A DNA stretch of 64,000 nt from an uncultured Candidatus Poseidoniales archaeon (GTDB lineage Archaea; Thermoplasmatota; Poseidoniia; Poseidoniales; Thalassarchaeaceae): positions 9,692 through 73,691 of the forward strand of contig CAZNVK010000002.1 in NCBI GenBank assembly GCA_964576865.1. The letters run 5' to 3'. The notes below the pieces were generated by a model. That model ran no database searches, was not told where the DNA came from, and saw only the letters and a list, made by a program, of their open reading frames with translations. Shown piece by piece: positions 8,901 through 17,108 of this stretch. The position numbers and the translations under genes were made by a program. How positions within the stretch are numbered: the first letter of the stretch is position 1; the number at the start of each line of letters is the position of its first letter.

Positions 8901-10139
8901 ATGGAGGGAAATATTTTCGAGAAGATTTTGGGACAAGATTCCCTCTTCTTGGATAGAAAGGCCTTCGATCACGCTTTCGAACCGACCTCTCTTCCTCACC
9001 GCGATAGGGAAGTTGAGGCTCTGGTTCGCAACCTTGTCGACGCTCTCAATGGACACATTCCCTCGAACATGTTGCTCTACGGCGTGCCCGGGAGTGGCAA
9101 GACTGTGGTTACCAGATTCGTTCTCGGCCAACTGCGCGAGAAGGGGGAGGAATTGAGCAAGCCCGTGCGCACGTATGAGATAAATTGCCGGCAGATCGAC
9201 ACGCGCTATCGGGTGGTTCAGACTCTTGCAAGTCGGCTGGCTCAGCGTGGGGATGTGCCAATTCCGTTCACCGGTTGGCCGACCGATCGAGTCCTCGAGC
9301 ATCTGGTTGAGAGGATGGATCGCGCTGGAGGGGTTCACATCATCGTTCTGGACGAGATCGACAACCTTGTCGAGCGCGCAGGAGACAATCTACTGTACAA
9401 TCTGACGAGTCTGAATACCATTCTGCAGCGCTCGCGTTGTTGCATCATCGGAATCAGCAATGATCTGCATTTCACTCAATTGCTTGACCCGAGGGTCTCT
9501 GGTCGCTTGGGTCAGGAGGATCTGATCTTCCACCCATACGGAGCGACCGAGATCACGGACATTCTCACCGCACGTGCTGGGACAGGATTGCGTGAGGATG
9601 TCCTAGAGAATGGAGTCATTCAGTTGTGCGCGGCGCTCGCAGCCCAAGAGCACGGCGATGCGCGCCGCGCCCTCGACCTTCTGCGCATCTCGGTCCAGAA
9701 GGCTGAGCAACGCTCGCAGTTGAAGGTCGACCCAAGACATGTGCGTTTGGCGCAGTCACAATTGGAGCACGATCAGGTCACACCGGTGCTGCAGACTTTG
9801 CCGTTGCACCAGAAACTCGTGCTCTTCGCGATCCGAATCAATGAGGATAACGGACTTCGCAATATCTCGACCGGCGAGGTGTACCGAACCTATTCCGACG
9901 CTTGCTTGAACGTCAACGTCGAACCGCTCACACCTCGCCGAATCTCTACCCTGCTCAACGAGCTCGACACGCTCGGCATGATCATGGCACGAAATGTCAG
10001 TAAGGGTCGAGGCGGCCGCAGCAAGCAGGTCAATTCGGCGATTCCGAAGACGATCGATGCAGTCACCACGATGAGCGATGCCGACCCACTCATCGCAGAG
10101 GCTGCTCGCTGCCGCTACCGATTGCAGAGCCATCTGTGA
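8901..10139 (+). CDS. cdc6: Orc1/Cdc6 replication initiator
   Basis: Walker A GVPGSGKT, Walker B IIVLDEID, and a C-terminal winged helix. ATG at 8901. Confidence 0.9.
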   Translation: MEGNIFEKILGQDSLFLDRKAFDHAFEPTSLPHRDREVEALVRNLVDALNGHIPSNMLLYGVPGSGKTVVTRFVLGQLREKGEELSKPVRTYEINCRQIDTRYRVVQTLASRLAQRGDVPIPFTGWPTDRVLEHLVERMDRAGGVHIIVLDEIDNLVERAGDNLLYNLTSLNTILQRSRCCIIGISNDLHFTQLLDPRVSGRLGQEDLIFHPYGATEITDILTARAGTGLREDVLENGVIQLCAALAAQEHGDARRALDLLRISVQKAEQRSQLKVDPRHVRLAQSQLEHDQVTPVLQTLPLHQKLVLFAIRINEDNGLRNISTGEVYRTYSDACLNVNVEPLTPRRISTLLNELDTLGMIMARNVSKGRGGRSKQVNSAIPKTIDAVTTMSDADPLIAEAARCRYRLQSHL

Positions 10140-10147
10140 AATCTCAT

Positions 10148-10276
10148 CACACTCTGAACGGCCAGTTAACCGACTCTGATTGGCCTATGAACCGACTCTG
10201 ATTGGCCTGTGAACCGACTCTGATTGGCCTGTGAACCGACTCTGATTGGATTGGGAATCGACTCTGAACGGCCCAT
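10148..10276 (+). repeat. tandem direct repeats, 22-bp period (GAACCGACTCTGATTGGCCTGT), about 5 to 6 copies
   Basis: Units read directly at 10167, 10189, 10211 (identical to the previous unit), 10233 and 10255, plus a degenerate unit at 10148. The array starts 9 bp after the cdc6 stop. Confidence 0.85.
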
Positions 10277-10335
10277 CAAATCGAGGCCCTTCAGGGCCTC
10301 AACGGTTAAACCGAGTCCACAGGTCGCCGCACCCG

Positions 10336-10866
10336 ATGTCACTCGCTGACAATGACTGGTACTCGGCCCTCACCCGCCCGAGCCGCACGGCTTCGACGGC
10401 GATGCTGCTGCTCGGTGGATGGGTGCTCCTGCTCACCATCGTGAACCTAGTCATCGGTGCATATTCTCCTGGATTCAAGGTTCTGTGGCTCGGATTCCTC
10501 AGCGACGGCGCACTCGGTGGTGTCTACGTGGCTCACGATGGCGTGTCCGTCGTCGCAGACGATATCGTGTTCGGTGTCCTCGGTCTAGCGGTTGCTGGAT
10601 TGGGCTGGTTCGGACTAGGTCAGGCTGTCGAGGGCGGCGCGGTCGCTGCCATCAAGGGCCTGCCGGACTGTCTGAACGGACTTTTCTCGAGTGAGAATGG
10701 CATTCGCAAGACCCTCGCCGACTGGCTCATCGTCGGTGCAATCATCTTCTATCTGGCTTGGTCAATGCAGAACAATACCTGGGTCGACCCCGGTGTCTTC
10801 GCGGTCAGTGTTGCACCGTTCGCATTCGGTGTCGGGCTGAACTTGCTCGACAAGGCCGAAGCGTGA
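10336..10866 (+). CDS. integral membrane protein, function unknown
   Basis: ORF 10246..10866 trimmed to ATG 10336 because the first 30 codons are the tandem repeats. It has 4 to 5 hydrophobic helices. Confidence 0.45.
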   Translation: MSLADNDWYSALTRPSRTASTAMLLLGGWVLLLTIVNLVIGAYSPGFKVLWLGFLSDGALGGVYVAHDGVSVVADDIVFGVLGLAVAGLGWFGLGQAVEGGAVAAIKGLPDCLNGLFSSENGIRKTLADWLIVGAIIFYLAWSMQNNTWVDPGVFAVSVAPFAFGVGLNLLDKAEA

Positions 10867-10931
10867 ACTCGGAAATCGGTACCATCGAACCGGCGCTCAG
10901 CCGGTTCGCAACCAATTCTCTGCGTTATTAC

Positions 10932-11945
10932 TCAAGTGCGGCCCATCGCTGCGAGTAAGTCTCGGCAACGAGCTTTCGAATCGGCGCCGGTCCACCTCAG
11001 CACGACGCCTTTGCCAGGTTGGCCGTAGAGGACGGCGGCACCGAGTGGGGCAAGCGGATGCAGAAGCAGAGGCGCGAGATCCTCTTCCCCTTCGACATCG
11101 ATTATACAACTTCGACCGTGCTCTCGCCACGCGTGCATAGCTGCCTCACAGGCGAGGAATAATTCGGCGCTGAGTTGGCCTGCGGGGTTTGAACAGGTTC
11201 GAACGGCGTCGTAGAGTGAATGGTCGATGGTCGAAGCCTCCGCCCACTCTTCTCGCTTGGTTCGACCATCGATGAGGGCGATGTCGGCTGGACTTCCCAA
11301 ATCCTGCAGAGTCTTGACCGTGACATCGCCGACAGCGATTACAGGGCCGTGGCTTCCGAAAATCTCCTCCAACACGGCCCGCATCGCAACGCTTGGATCA
11401 TCCTCAGGACCCTCGAATAAACGCCCAAATGGATCCTTGAGATTCGATTCAACCTCGCGCGTCATCAAGAGCGAGGCTTGGCCAGCATCGTCGGGGAGGT
11501 AGGCCTCGCCATCTGAATCGATTTCGCCCGCACGCACGCGCGAGCTCGAAATCGGCGCACCATCGTGCGCCGCCACATGCTCGACAACGATCACCTCCAG
11601 CGCGGTCAAGCCATTGGCTGCCCGCGCCGAATTAATCCGCTGACACCCAGCCAGCGTCTCCGGCGTGCATAGAATCGCAGTCGCCGCCTCATGCCAAGGC
11701 GCCGGCCCATCGTCATCCTCGAGCGCATGCACGCTCACCGAGTCAGCCTTCTCGCCCATAGCGGCGAGAAGATTTGCCGAGCGATCGGCCCAAGATTCGA
11801 TCCGCGAATCCTTCGAATTCGCCAAACGATCGCTCGAAATCCACACTTCCAACCGCGCGCACTCAGCTAACCCTCGTTCAATGAGTGCGCGATGCCCAGC
11901 ATGGAAGCGGTCGAAAGTTCCGCCCACCAAGCCCAGTGTGTGCAT
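10932..11945 (-). CDS. fusion of phosphopantetheine adenylyltransferase (archaeal type) and DUF359 (GTP-dependent dephospho-CoA kinase family)
   Basis: The N-terminal half has GGTFDRFHAGH and ISSSRVR (cytidylyltransferase fold). The C-terminal half has AVGDV..IDGRTKR..NPAG..GEEDLA..LYGQPGKGVV, as I recall for DUF359. ATG at 11945 (TTG at 11951). Confidence 0.7.
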   Translation of the reverse strand: MHTLGLVGGTFDRFHAGHRALIERGLAECARLEVWISSDRLANSKDSRIESWADRSANLLAAMGEKADSVSVHALEDDDGPAPWHEAATAILCTPETLAGCQRINSARAANGLTALEVIVVEHVAAHDGAPISSSRVRAGEIDSDGEAYLPDDAGQASLLMTREVESNLKDPFGRLFEGPEDDPSVAMRAVLEEIFGSHGPVIAVGDVTVKTLQDLGSPADIALIDGRTKREEWAEASTIDHSLYDAVRTCSNPAGQLSAELFLACEAAMHAWREHGRSCIIDVEGEEDLAPLLLHPLAPLGAAVLYGQPGKGVVLRWTGADSKARCRDLLAAMGRT

Positions 11946-11981
11946 CGTCAATCAGCCTGAGTGTGAAGTCTTGAGGACTTT

Positions 11982-12301
11982 GGAAAAGGAGTGTGCCCCG
12001 GGGCGTAACGGTGACCTTCATCGCAATGCTCGGGCACCTGACCCACCCCGGGACGTCTGTTGGACTGTGGGGTTGTCCCGTAAGTCATTCCGCTCTCTTC
12101 CGTCGGCGGTCGTCCGGGGACCCATCACAATCCGACCACATGTGTTGCTCCGAAGATCATAGCTCAGCAGCGGCTCACTTCGGTCTTCGACATGCGGCAA
12201 ATCCCGTTCCGTGGTACCGTGGTTCATCCTACTAACTCCGGCTGGGGCTTTCGTCGGCACGGTGTTGCCGGTCGGGCGTCAATTCGTTCCGGGGTCCCTT
12301 C
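11982..12301 (-). ncRNA. rnpB: candidate RNase P RNA (type-A-like); ends approximate
   Basis: This 430-bp GC-rich gap has no credible ORF. On the minus strand I read UUGACGCCC..GGGUCAGG (P2-like, compare E. coli CUGACC/GGUCAG) and the hairpin CGGCA-ACACCG-UGCCG (P3-like). Next come GACGAAAGCCCC (compare GAGGAAAGUCC), GUAGGAUGAA, GGAGCAA and GAAUGACU. The last segment is ACAGACGUCCCGGGGUGGGUC (compare ACAGAACCCGGCUUAUCGGUC). An oligo-U lies at the 3' end (about 11984). Confidence 0.45.
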
Positions 12302-12379
12302 ATGAACCTCTCGGAGAGAGGGGGGGAGGTCAAAACGCGATGTGAAAGTGAAAATTCTAGTTGAAAACGAGCGTTTTGG

Positions 12380-14995
12380 TCAGAATGCTCTGTGATCGCG
12401 CGAGAGGCCTTGGTGCCAGCCGGAACGGCGTAGGATGAGCCTCTCGCTGACGTGTGGGTCGCCGCTCATCGCCATCTCGGCGCTGAGCGGCGGCCAATTC
12501 TCGACCGGCTGAGCCAACCAACCCACGAGTGGATGGGTTCTGCCGGTCGTCGGCGAGCCACCGCTGGTGGCTCGGTCAAGTGAATCCAAAAGATCGAGAA
12601 CGGGGGCTGCACCCTCGGGCAGCGTCCCTCTCTCATGTCGCGCGCGCAAGCGTCGCGCGAGGGCATTTCGAATTTCAAGCGAACATCCGGGATGCACTCG
12701 ATCTCGTAATCCCGGAGCGCTGCTCGCCTCGCCTTTCGGCCGCAGCACAGCTGCGGCCCAAGGAATCGGATTAGCGAATAACCAAACCAGAGCGTCCTCT
12801 TCGGCGAGCAGATTTGTCAACAATTCTGGAGCGAGCAGCGCCCACCAATCGAGAGGAAGCCTCTCAACAATTGCTTCAACCCCTTCGATCTCCATTTGTT
12901 TCCCATCCCGAATGCGCTCGACCAAAAGTGACCAGATTCGCAAATCATGGCTCATAGAAAATTTGCTCGCTCGCCGCAGAACTCCCTGCAAAACTGGCCC
13001 ATATTCAACAGCCGCGGGGCCATCTCCTCGGAACATCCAATCCACCGCCTGCAATGCTTCGAGCGAATCTGCAGGCGGATGAACCAACCATGCTTCCAAG
13101 GCCCAACGAACAAGGTCATTCTGCATTTCATCAGGCAACCAAGCCGCATTGCTCAGCAATTGCGCGGCCACCCAAGAAGCGCCCTCACTCGCTTGAGCCG
13201 GATCGGTCGCCGGCCGCGCCCGCAGAGCAATCTCAGGATCATCTCTCAGCATTCCGCGCAGTTTACCAGCGAAAATTTCGAGCACCCTTACCGGCGCCTC
13301 ATCAGCCACCTGAGCGAGCCTTTCGAGCGGTAAGTAATCCAAATCCAACAGCGCGATCCACTCAGAATCCAACCGCGCACGCAGCCGCTGCCATCGATGC
13401 CATCGCGTGCGCGCAGGCGAAGCAATCCAAGCCGCCAGAGGATAGCTCGCCTCCATCATATTCGACCAATCCTCATTCCCTTCAGGGTATTGTGCAATCG
13501 CAGAATCAAGCATCGAATCACCATCAGTACCGACCTCAGATGCTTCCTCAACCCCAAGCACAACCCAAGGCGAGAGTGCCTCCCCGCCACCAACCACCGA
13601 CTCCGGGCTCATCGGCACAGGGTCGACGAGGCGAACGGGCATGTCCCGCCCGCCTCGAGTTCGCAAACGCAGCCACGGCAGAGGACGTAAGGGGTCGACG
13701 GTCAGTTCGTCGAATATAGCGAGTGAAGAACGAGCGGAGGAAGCGAGAGTCAAGCGCAACGAAGGGTGTGGAATCAACGTCGTCAGCACATCATCGGGAA
13801 GCGTCTCGGGAATCTCCAGAACCAGTGGTGGGCGCTCCTCATCAGATACAGCCCATTCGATCAGAGAAGTAACCGCAATCGGCCCGAGTCCGCGAGTATC
13901 GAGCAAGCGAAGTGTCTTCTCCTCAGTCGAGAAACTCGCCTCCCCCCAATCCTTGCGAAAACGCCGCCATGTCGATTCCTCGGTCCTCACTCTACGCGTG
14001 GATGTCAGCCGTTCTCTGAGACTGTTGAGGCGACGCTTGCGCTCCGACGGGATGAGTCGTGGGTGGGCTCGTCGGATCCAAGCGTCGAGACAAGAAATGG
14101 GATATTCGTGCCCTGCTGCATCGAGACCTCCAAGGTCTGCGATGACCAGGGCATTCGCTCGTGCTGTTCGCAGCAGCATCGAGCGTGGCAATCGCTCCTC
14201 CATGATTGCGCATACTGGATCCTTGGGTCGGATGTCTGGCGATTGCTCGTGGCAGTTGCCTAATGTCCAGCCGCCGCGGTGGTGGCTGGCTTCTGGCAGC
14301 GGCGGGTCTGGTCGGTGGCTCGGGGCTTCGAACCAGATTCCAGGGGCCAGAGCCACCGGGCGATCGGCATCGACGAGGCGAGCGCGGACGATGCCAATCG
14401 TGTGGTTCTCTCCAGCATAAGCCGAGATGCTCTCAGGATCATGGCTCTGAGGGGGTTCTGGGAGCATCTCAAGGGAGCGCAGATCGAACCAGCGCGGTGA
14501 GCGCTCCCTCAGAACCGCCCAAGTCCATAAGACCCCTTCTCTTCCGGTGGAGCCTCCGTCACTAGACAAGACGCGAATTGGGCGGTCGGGAATCAAGACC
14601 AGAGGGCTGTCTATTGGAGCGAGAACCCCTATCAGAAGGTTAGCTCCATCGCGCGCTAGCAGACAGCATTTGTGCGCGGGTGAGGGTAACGGTGTTGCTT
14701 CCATCGCCCGCGCCAACTCATCGGAACGGATCGCTTCCCATCCTGCAGTCGTCAAATGGAGGCGCGCACCGCGGGCTCCGGCGGCTTGGTCACTGGCTAC
14801 CAGTCCATCGTTTCTCATTCGTCGGAGCTCCGCTGAAGCGTGCGGAATTCGCAATCCTGTATCGCGTGCGAGCACGCTGACAGTTTCGCCGCCATCCGTC
14901 ATTCGATCCAAGAGGCGGCGGCGGTGTCCACTCCGAATCCGCCGCAGTCCCTCCAAATCAGCGACAGGACCGCCTGATTGCGGGTCATCCGACAC
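12380..14995 (-). CDS. large (871 aa) orphan protein with N-terminal winged-helix (ArsR/MarR-like) domain
   Basis: GTG start at 14995, preceded by GGGAGGGGG about 6 nt upstream. The N-terminus reads ..VSVLARDTGLRIPHASAELRRMRNDGLVAS..RLHLTTAGW. I recognise no catalytic motif in the remaining ~770 aa. Confidence 0.6.
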   Translation of the reverse strand: MSDDPQSGGPVADLEGLRRIRSGHRRRLLDRMTDGGETVSVLARDTGLRIPHASAELRRMRNDGLVASDQAAGARGARLHLTTAGWEAIRSDELARAMEATPLPSPAHKCCLLARDGANLLIGVLAPIDSPLVLIPDRPIRVLSSDGGSTGREGVLWTWAVLRERSPRWFDLRSLEMLPEPPQSHDPESISAYAGENHTIGIVRARLVDADRPVALAPGIWFEAPSHRPDPPLPEASHHRGGWTLGNCHEQSPDIRPKDPVCAIMEERLPRSMLLRTARANALVIADLGGLDAAGHEYPISCLDAWIRRAHPRLIPSERKRRLNSLRERLTSTRRVRTEESTWRRFRKDWGEASFSTEEKTLRLLDTRGLGPIAVTSLIEWAVSDEERPPLVLEIPETLPDDVLTTLIPHPSLRLTLASSARSSLAIFDELTVDPLRPLPWLRLRTRGGRDMPVRLVDPVPMSPESVVGGGEALSPWVVLGVEEASEVGTDGDSMLDSAIAQYPEGNEDWSNMMEASYPLAAWIASPARTRWHRWQRLRARLDSEWIALLDLDYLPLERLAQVADEAPVRVLEIFAGKLRGMLRDDPEIALRARPATDPAQASEGASWVAAQLLSNAAWLPDEMQNDLVRWALEAWLVHPPADSLEALQAVDWMFRGDGPAAVEYGPVLQGVLRRASKFSMSHDLRIWSLLVERIRDGKQMEIEGVEAIVERLPLDWWALLAPELLTNLLAEEDALVWLFANPIPWAAAVLRPKGEASSAPGLRDRVHPGCSLEIRNALARRLRARHERGTLPEGAAPVLDLLDSLDRATSGGSPTTGRTHPLVGWLAQPVENWPPLSAEMAMSGDPHVSERLILRRSGWHQGLSRDHRAF

Positions 14996-15010
14996 TAAGC
15001 ACCCCCTCCC

Positions 15011-15236
15011 GATTCAATTAGTTAGAGAGTCCTAATTAAATTATGCTATTTCATTACATTTCCTTACAGATTTCTTATGGAAAACATAACAGTTTCATTT
15101 CCACACCGACTTTCTAGATGGAATCTACCGTAATTAGTGCAACAATCTGTAACGAAGAGAGGGTTTGAGTTGCAGAACTGTTATATCAACGCCTGCCGTC
15201 CTGTCGGTAACGGACTCGTAAAGCGGCCGTGATGAC
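15011..15236. other. AT-rich (about 35% G+C) intergenic region with ORB-like core; divergent promoter region and/or origin-like element
   Basis: Hand counts give 20/60 G+C for 15001-15060 and 21/60 for 15061-15120. The minus strand reads GTGGAAATGAAAC (15092..15104). The plus strand reads ATGGAAAAC (15077..15085). The minus strand reads GGAAATGTAATGAAA (15049..15063). Confidence 0.4.
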
Positions 15237-15254
15237 TTGGAGGATGGAACGAAG

Positions 15255-15530
15255 ATGAACTCGCAGAACCTGCGTGAACTGATTCGAAACTACCTATCAG
15301 AGCGGCCGCGGAACACCATCGAGATCTCGACCTGGCTATCCCGCCGGATCGACCCACAGAACAGCCCGGCGGATATCACGAGCATCCTAGAATCGGATGA
15401 GAAGATAATGCGTATCGGTACTGTTCGCAAGAGCGGCATGCGCCGCTCAGAATCCCCAGTATCGGAATGGGCATCGAGCGATTGGGTCGAGCATCACGAG
15501 AGGAAAAAGTCCGAAAGAAAGGAGAGCTGA
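15255..15530 (+). CDS. small winged-helix-like protein (91 aa)
   Basis: ATG 15255 is preceded by GGAGG (15239..15243). It is paralogous to the next gene (LRELIRNYLSERPRNTIEISTWL / LRQKIKKFLNERGEANTTEILEHV). Confidence 0.55.
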   Translation: MNSQNLRELIRNYLSERPRNTIEISTWLSRRIDPQNSPADITSILESDEKIMRIGTVRKSGMRRSESPVSEWASSDWVEHHERKKSERKES

Positions 15531-15532
15531 AC

Positions 15533-15787
15533 ATGCGCACAACAAGACTACGACAGAAGATTAAGAAATTCCTGAACGAGAGGGGCGAAGCCAATACTAC
15601 TGAGATCCTCGAACACGTCAATTCCACAATGCGCCACGGCACAACTCCACAACAGCTCGGCAATGTGCTCTCCAAGGACAAGGACATCCTCAAGGTTGCA
15701 ACGACCAAGCGTGGCGGCGCTCTCTCCGGCCGCTACGAGATCTGTGTCTGGACTCTGCGACCCGGTGTGCTCGACGGCGAGAATTAA
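15533..15787 (+). CDS. small winged-helix-like protein (84 aa), tandem paralog
   Basis: ATG 15533 lies 2 nt after the upstream stop and is preceded by AAGGAGAG. The ORF 15467..15787 was trimmed. Confidence 0.55.
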   Translation: MRTTRLRQKIKKFLNERGEANTTEILEHVNSTMRHGTTPQQLGNVLSKDKDILKVATTKRGGALSGRYEICVWTLRPGVLDGEN

Positions 15788-15820
15788 GCGGATTGAATCT
15801 GCCACAGAGTGAGAGTATAT

Positions 15821-15847
15821 CCTCCCACAACGCTCACGACGAACGCC
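15821..15847 (+). repeat. solo or degenerate left arm of the CCTCCCACAACG hairpin repeat family
   Basis: CCTCCCACAACGCTCACGACGAACGCC lies 34 bp after the stop of the + gene. No matching right arm is seen. Confidence 0.5.
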
Positions 15848-16019
15848 AAGATTGAGGGGCGTGGTAACTCTGTATTGGACCACTCTTACATTGAAATCGA
15901 TAGCCACTGAATCGAGATGATTGCCGCGGCGAGGTCTGACTTTCAGCTGCGCGGGAGTGCATTCAATCGCCGCGAAGCGGCTCCACTGAGCGCAGTCGCG
16001 CCCTAGAGGGTGCGACAGA

Positions 16020-17039
16020 TCAGGCCGAAGGCGCTTCGAGTTCTGTTGACCAATCGCCGGTTCGAGCGAGGCTATTCATTGCGGCTCGATGAGCGAAGGC
16101 ACCTTGGCTATCCTCATTCGAGCCGCTGGCCCAGGTCTGCAATGCGTGCGCGAGCAGGGCTCGCCCGTAGGAATACGAGAGTTGCCATGGGTGGTCGACG
16201 GCCATGCCATTCATCAGATTGAGATGGGCCGTCGCATCCTCATCCGATTGACCTCCAGAGAGGAATACGATTCCAGGGAGGTCGTGCGGGACGTGGTTGG
16301 TAAGGCAATCAACGGTCATCTGGGCGGCTTGTTCACGGCTGCCTTGGTCAGCGCAAGCCTTGCCGGGTAGAACCATGTTCGGCTTGAGCAGAGCACCGGG
16401 GATGTGGACGCCCTGAATCTCGCAGGCGGCAAAGGTTGCATCTAGGATTCTCGCGGTGACATCGTAGCAGGTCTGAGCGTCGTGGTCGCCATCCATCAGA
16501 ACCTCGGGTTCGATAATCGGAACCAGACCTTGCTCTTGACAGATCGCTGCGTATCGAGCGAGGGCATGGGCATTGGTTGAGATATTGGCCTCGCTCGGCA
16601 TTCCATCTCCGATTCGGATGACTGCTCGCCACTTAGCGAAGCGTGCGCCCATTGAGAAGTACTCCGCGCAGCGCTCGCGAAGACCATCGAGACCCTCGGT
16701 GATCTTCTCGCCAGCGTGACCGGCGAGTTCCTTGGCGCCGGTATCGACCTTGATTCCAGGGTGGACGCCTCGGCTGGCTAGGTATTCTGGAATCGGCGTG
16801 CCATCATCCATAGTCTGCCGAATGGTCTCATCGAAGAGGATGACACCGCTGATGGCCGACTCGTAGCCGCCGGTGGCGAAGATGTTCGAGCGATAGGCTC
16901 GCCGAGTCTCTGGAGATGGCTCTACACCGACGGCCTTGAGCCGATTTGACATCGTTCCATTACTCTCGTCGGCGGCGAGGATTCCTCTCCCCGGAGATAC
17001 CAATTCACGCGCTGTTTGTTCGAGTAGTTCAGTGTCCAT
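16020..17039 (-). CDS. fba: fructose-bisphosphate aldolase, class I (classical type)
   Basis: Trimmed to ATG 17039 (MDTELLEQTARELVSPGRGILAADES..). Class I FBA signature. Confidence 0.85.
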   Translation of the reverse strand: MDTELLEQTARELVSPGRGILAADESNGTMSNRLKAVGVEPSPETRRAYRSNIFATGGYESAISGVILFDETIRQTMDDGTPIPEYLASRGVHPGIKVDTGAKELAGHAGEKITEGLDGLRERCAEYFSMGARFAKWRAVIRIGDGMPSEANISTNAHALARYAAICQEQGLVPIIEPEVLMDGDHDAQTCYDVTARILDATFAACEIQGVHIPGALLKPNMVLPGKACADQGSREQAAQMTVDCLTNHVPHDLPGIVFLSGGQSDEDATAHLNLMNGMAVDHPWQLSYSYGRALLAHALQTWASGSNEDSQGAFAHRAAMNSLARTGDWSTELEAPSA

Positions 17040-17108
17040 CTTCGAACCCCGAACTGACGTGCGGGGTTCGGGAGATGAAGGCTTTGCCCTCAAATTGTGA
17101 TTTCGCCC

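Noticed and set aside
11982-12301. SRP (7S) RNA as the identity of the structured GC-rich gap
   Set aside because: The highly conserved helix-8 motif (GNAR tetraloop closed by C-G pairs followed by GGAAGCAGC-like sequence) is absent. The nearest string, CGACGGAAGAGAGCGG, cannot form the stem.
13054-14420. Two overlapping plus-strand ORFs (221 and 259 aa) inside the 871-aa minus-strand gene
   Set aside because: They are Arg/Ser/Pro-rich low-complexity translations and mutually overlapping. The single uninterrupted 871-codon minus frame with a GGGAGGGGG leader is the better model, although that gene itself has no homolog-based support from me.
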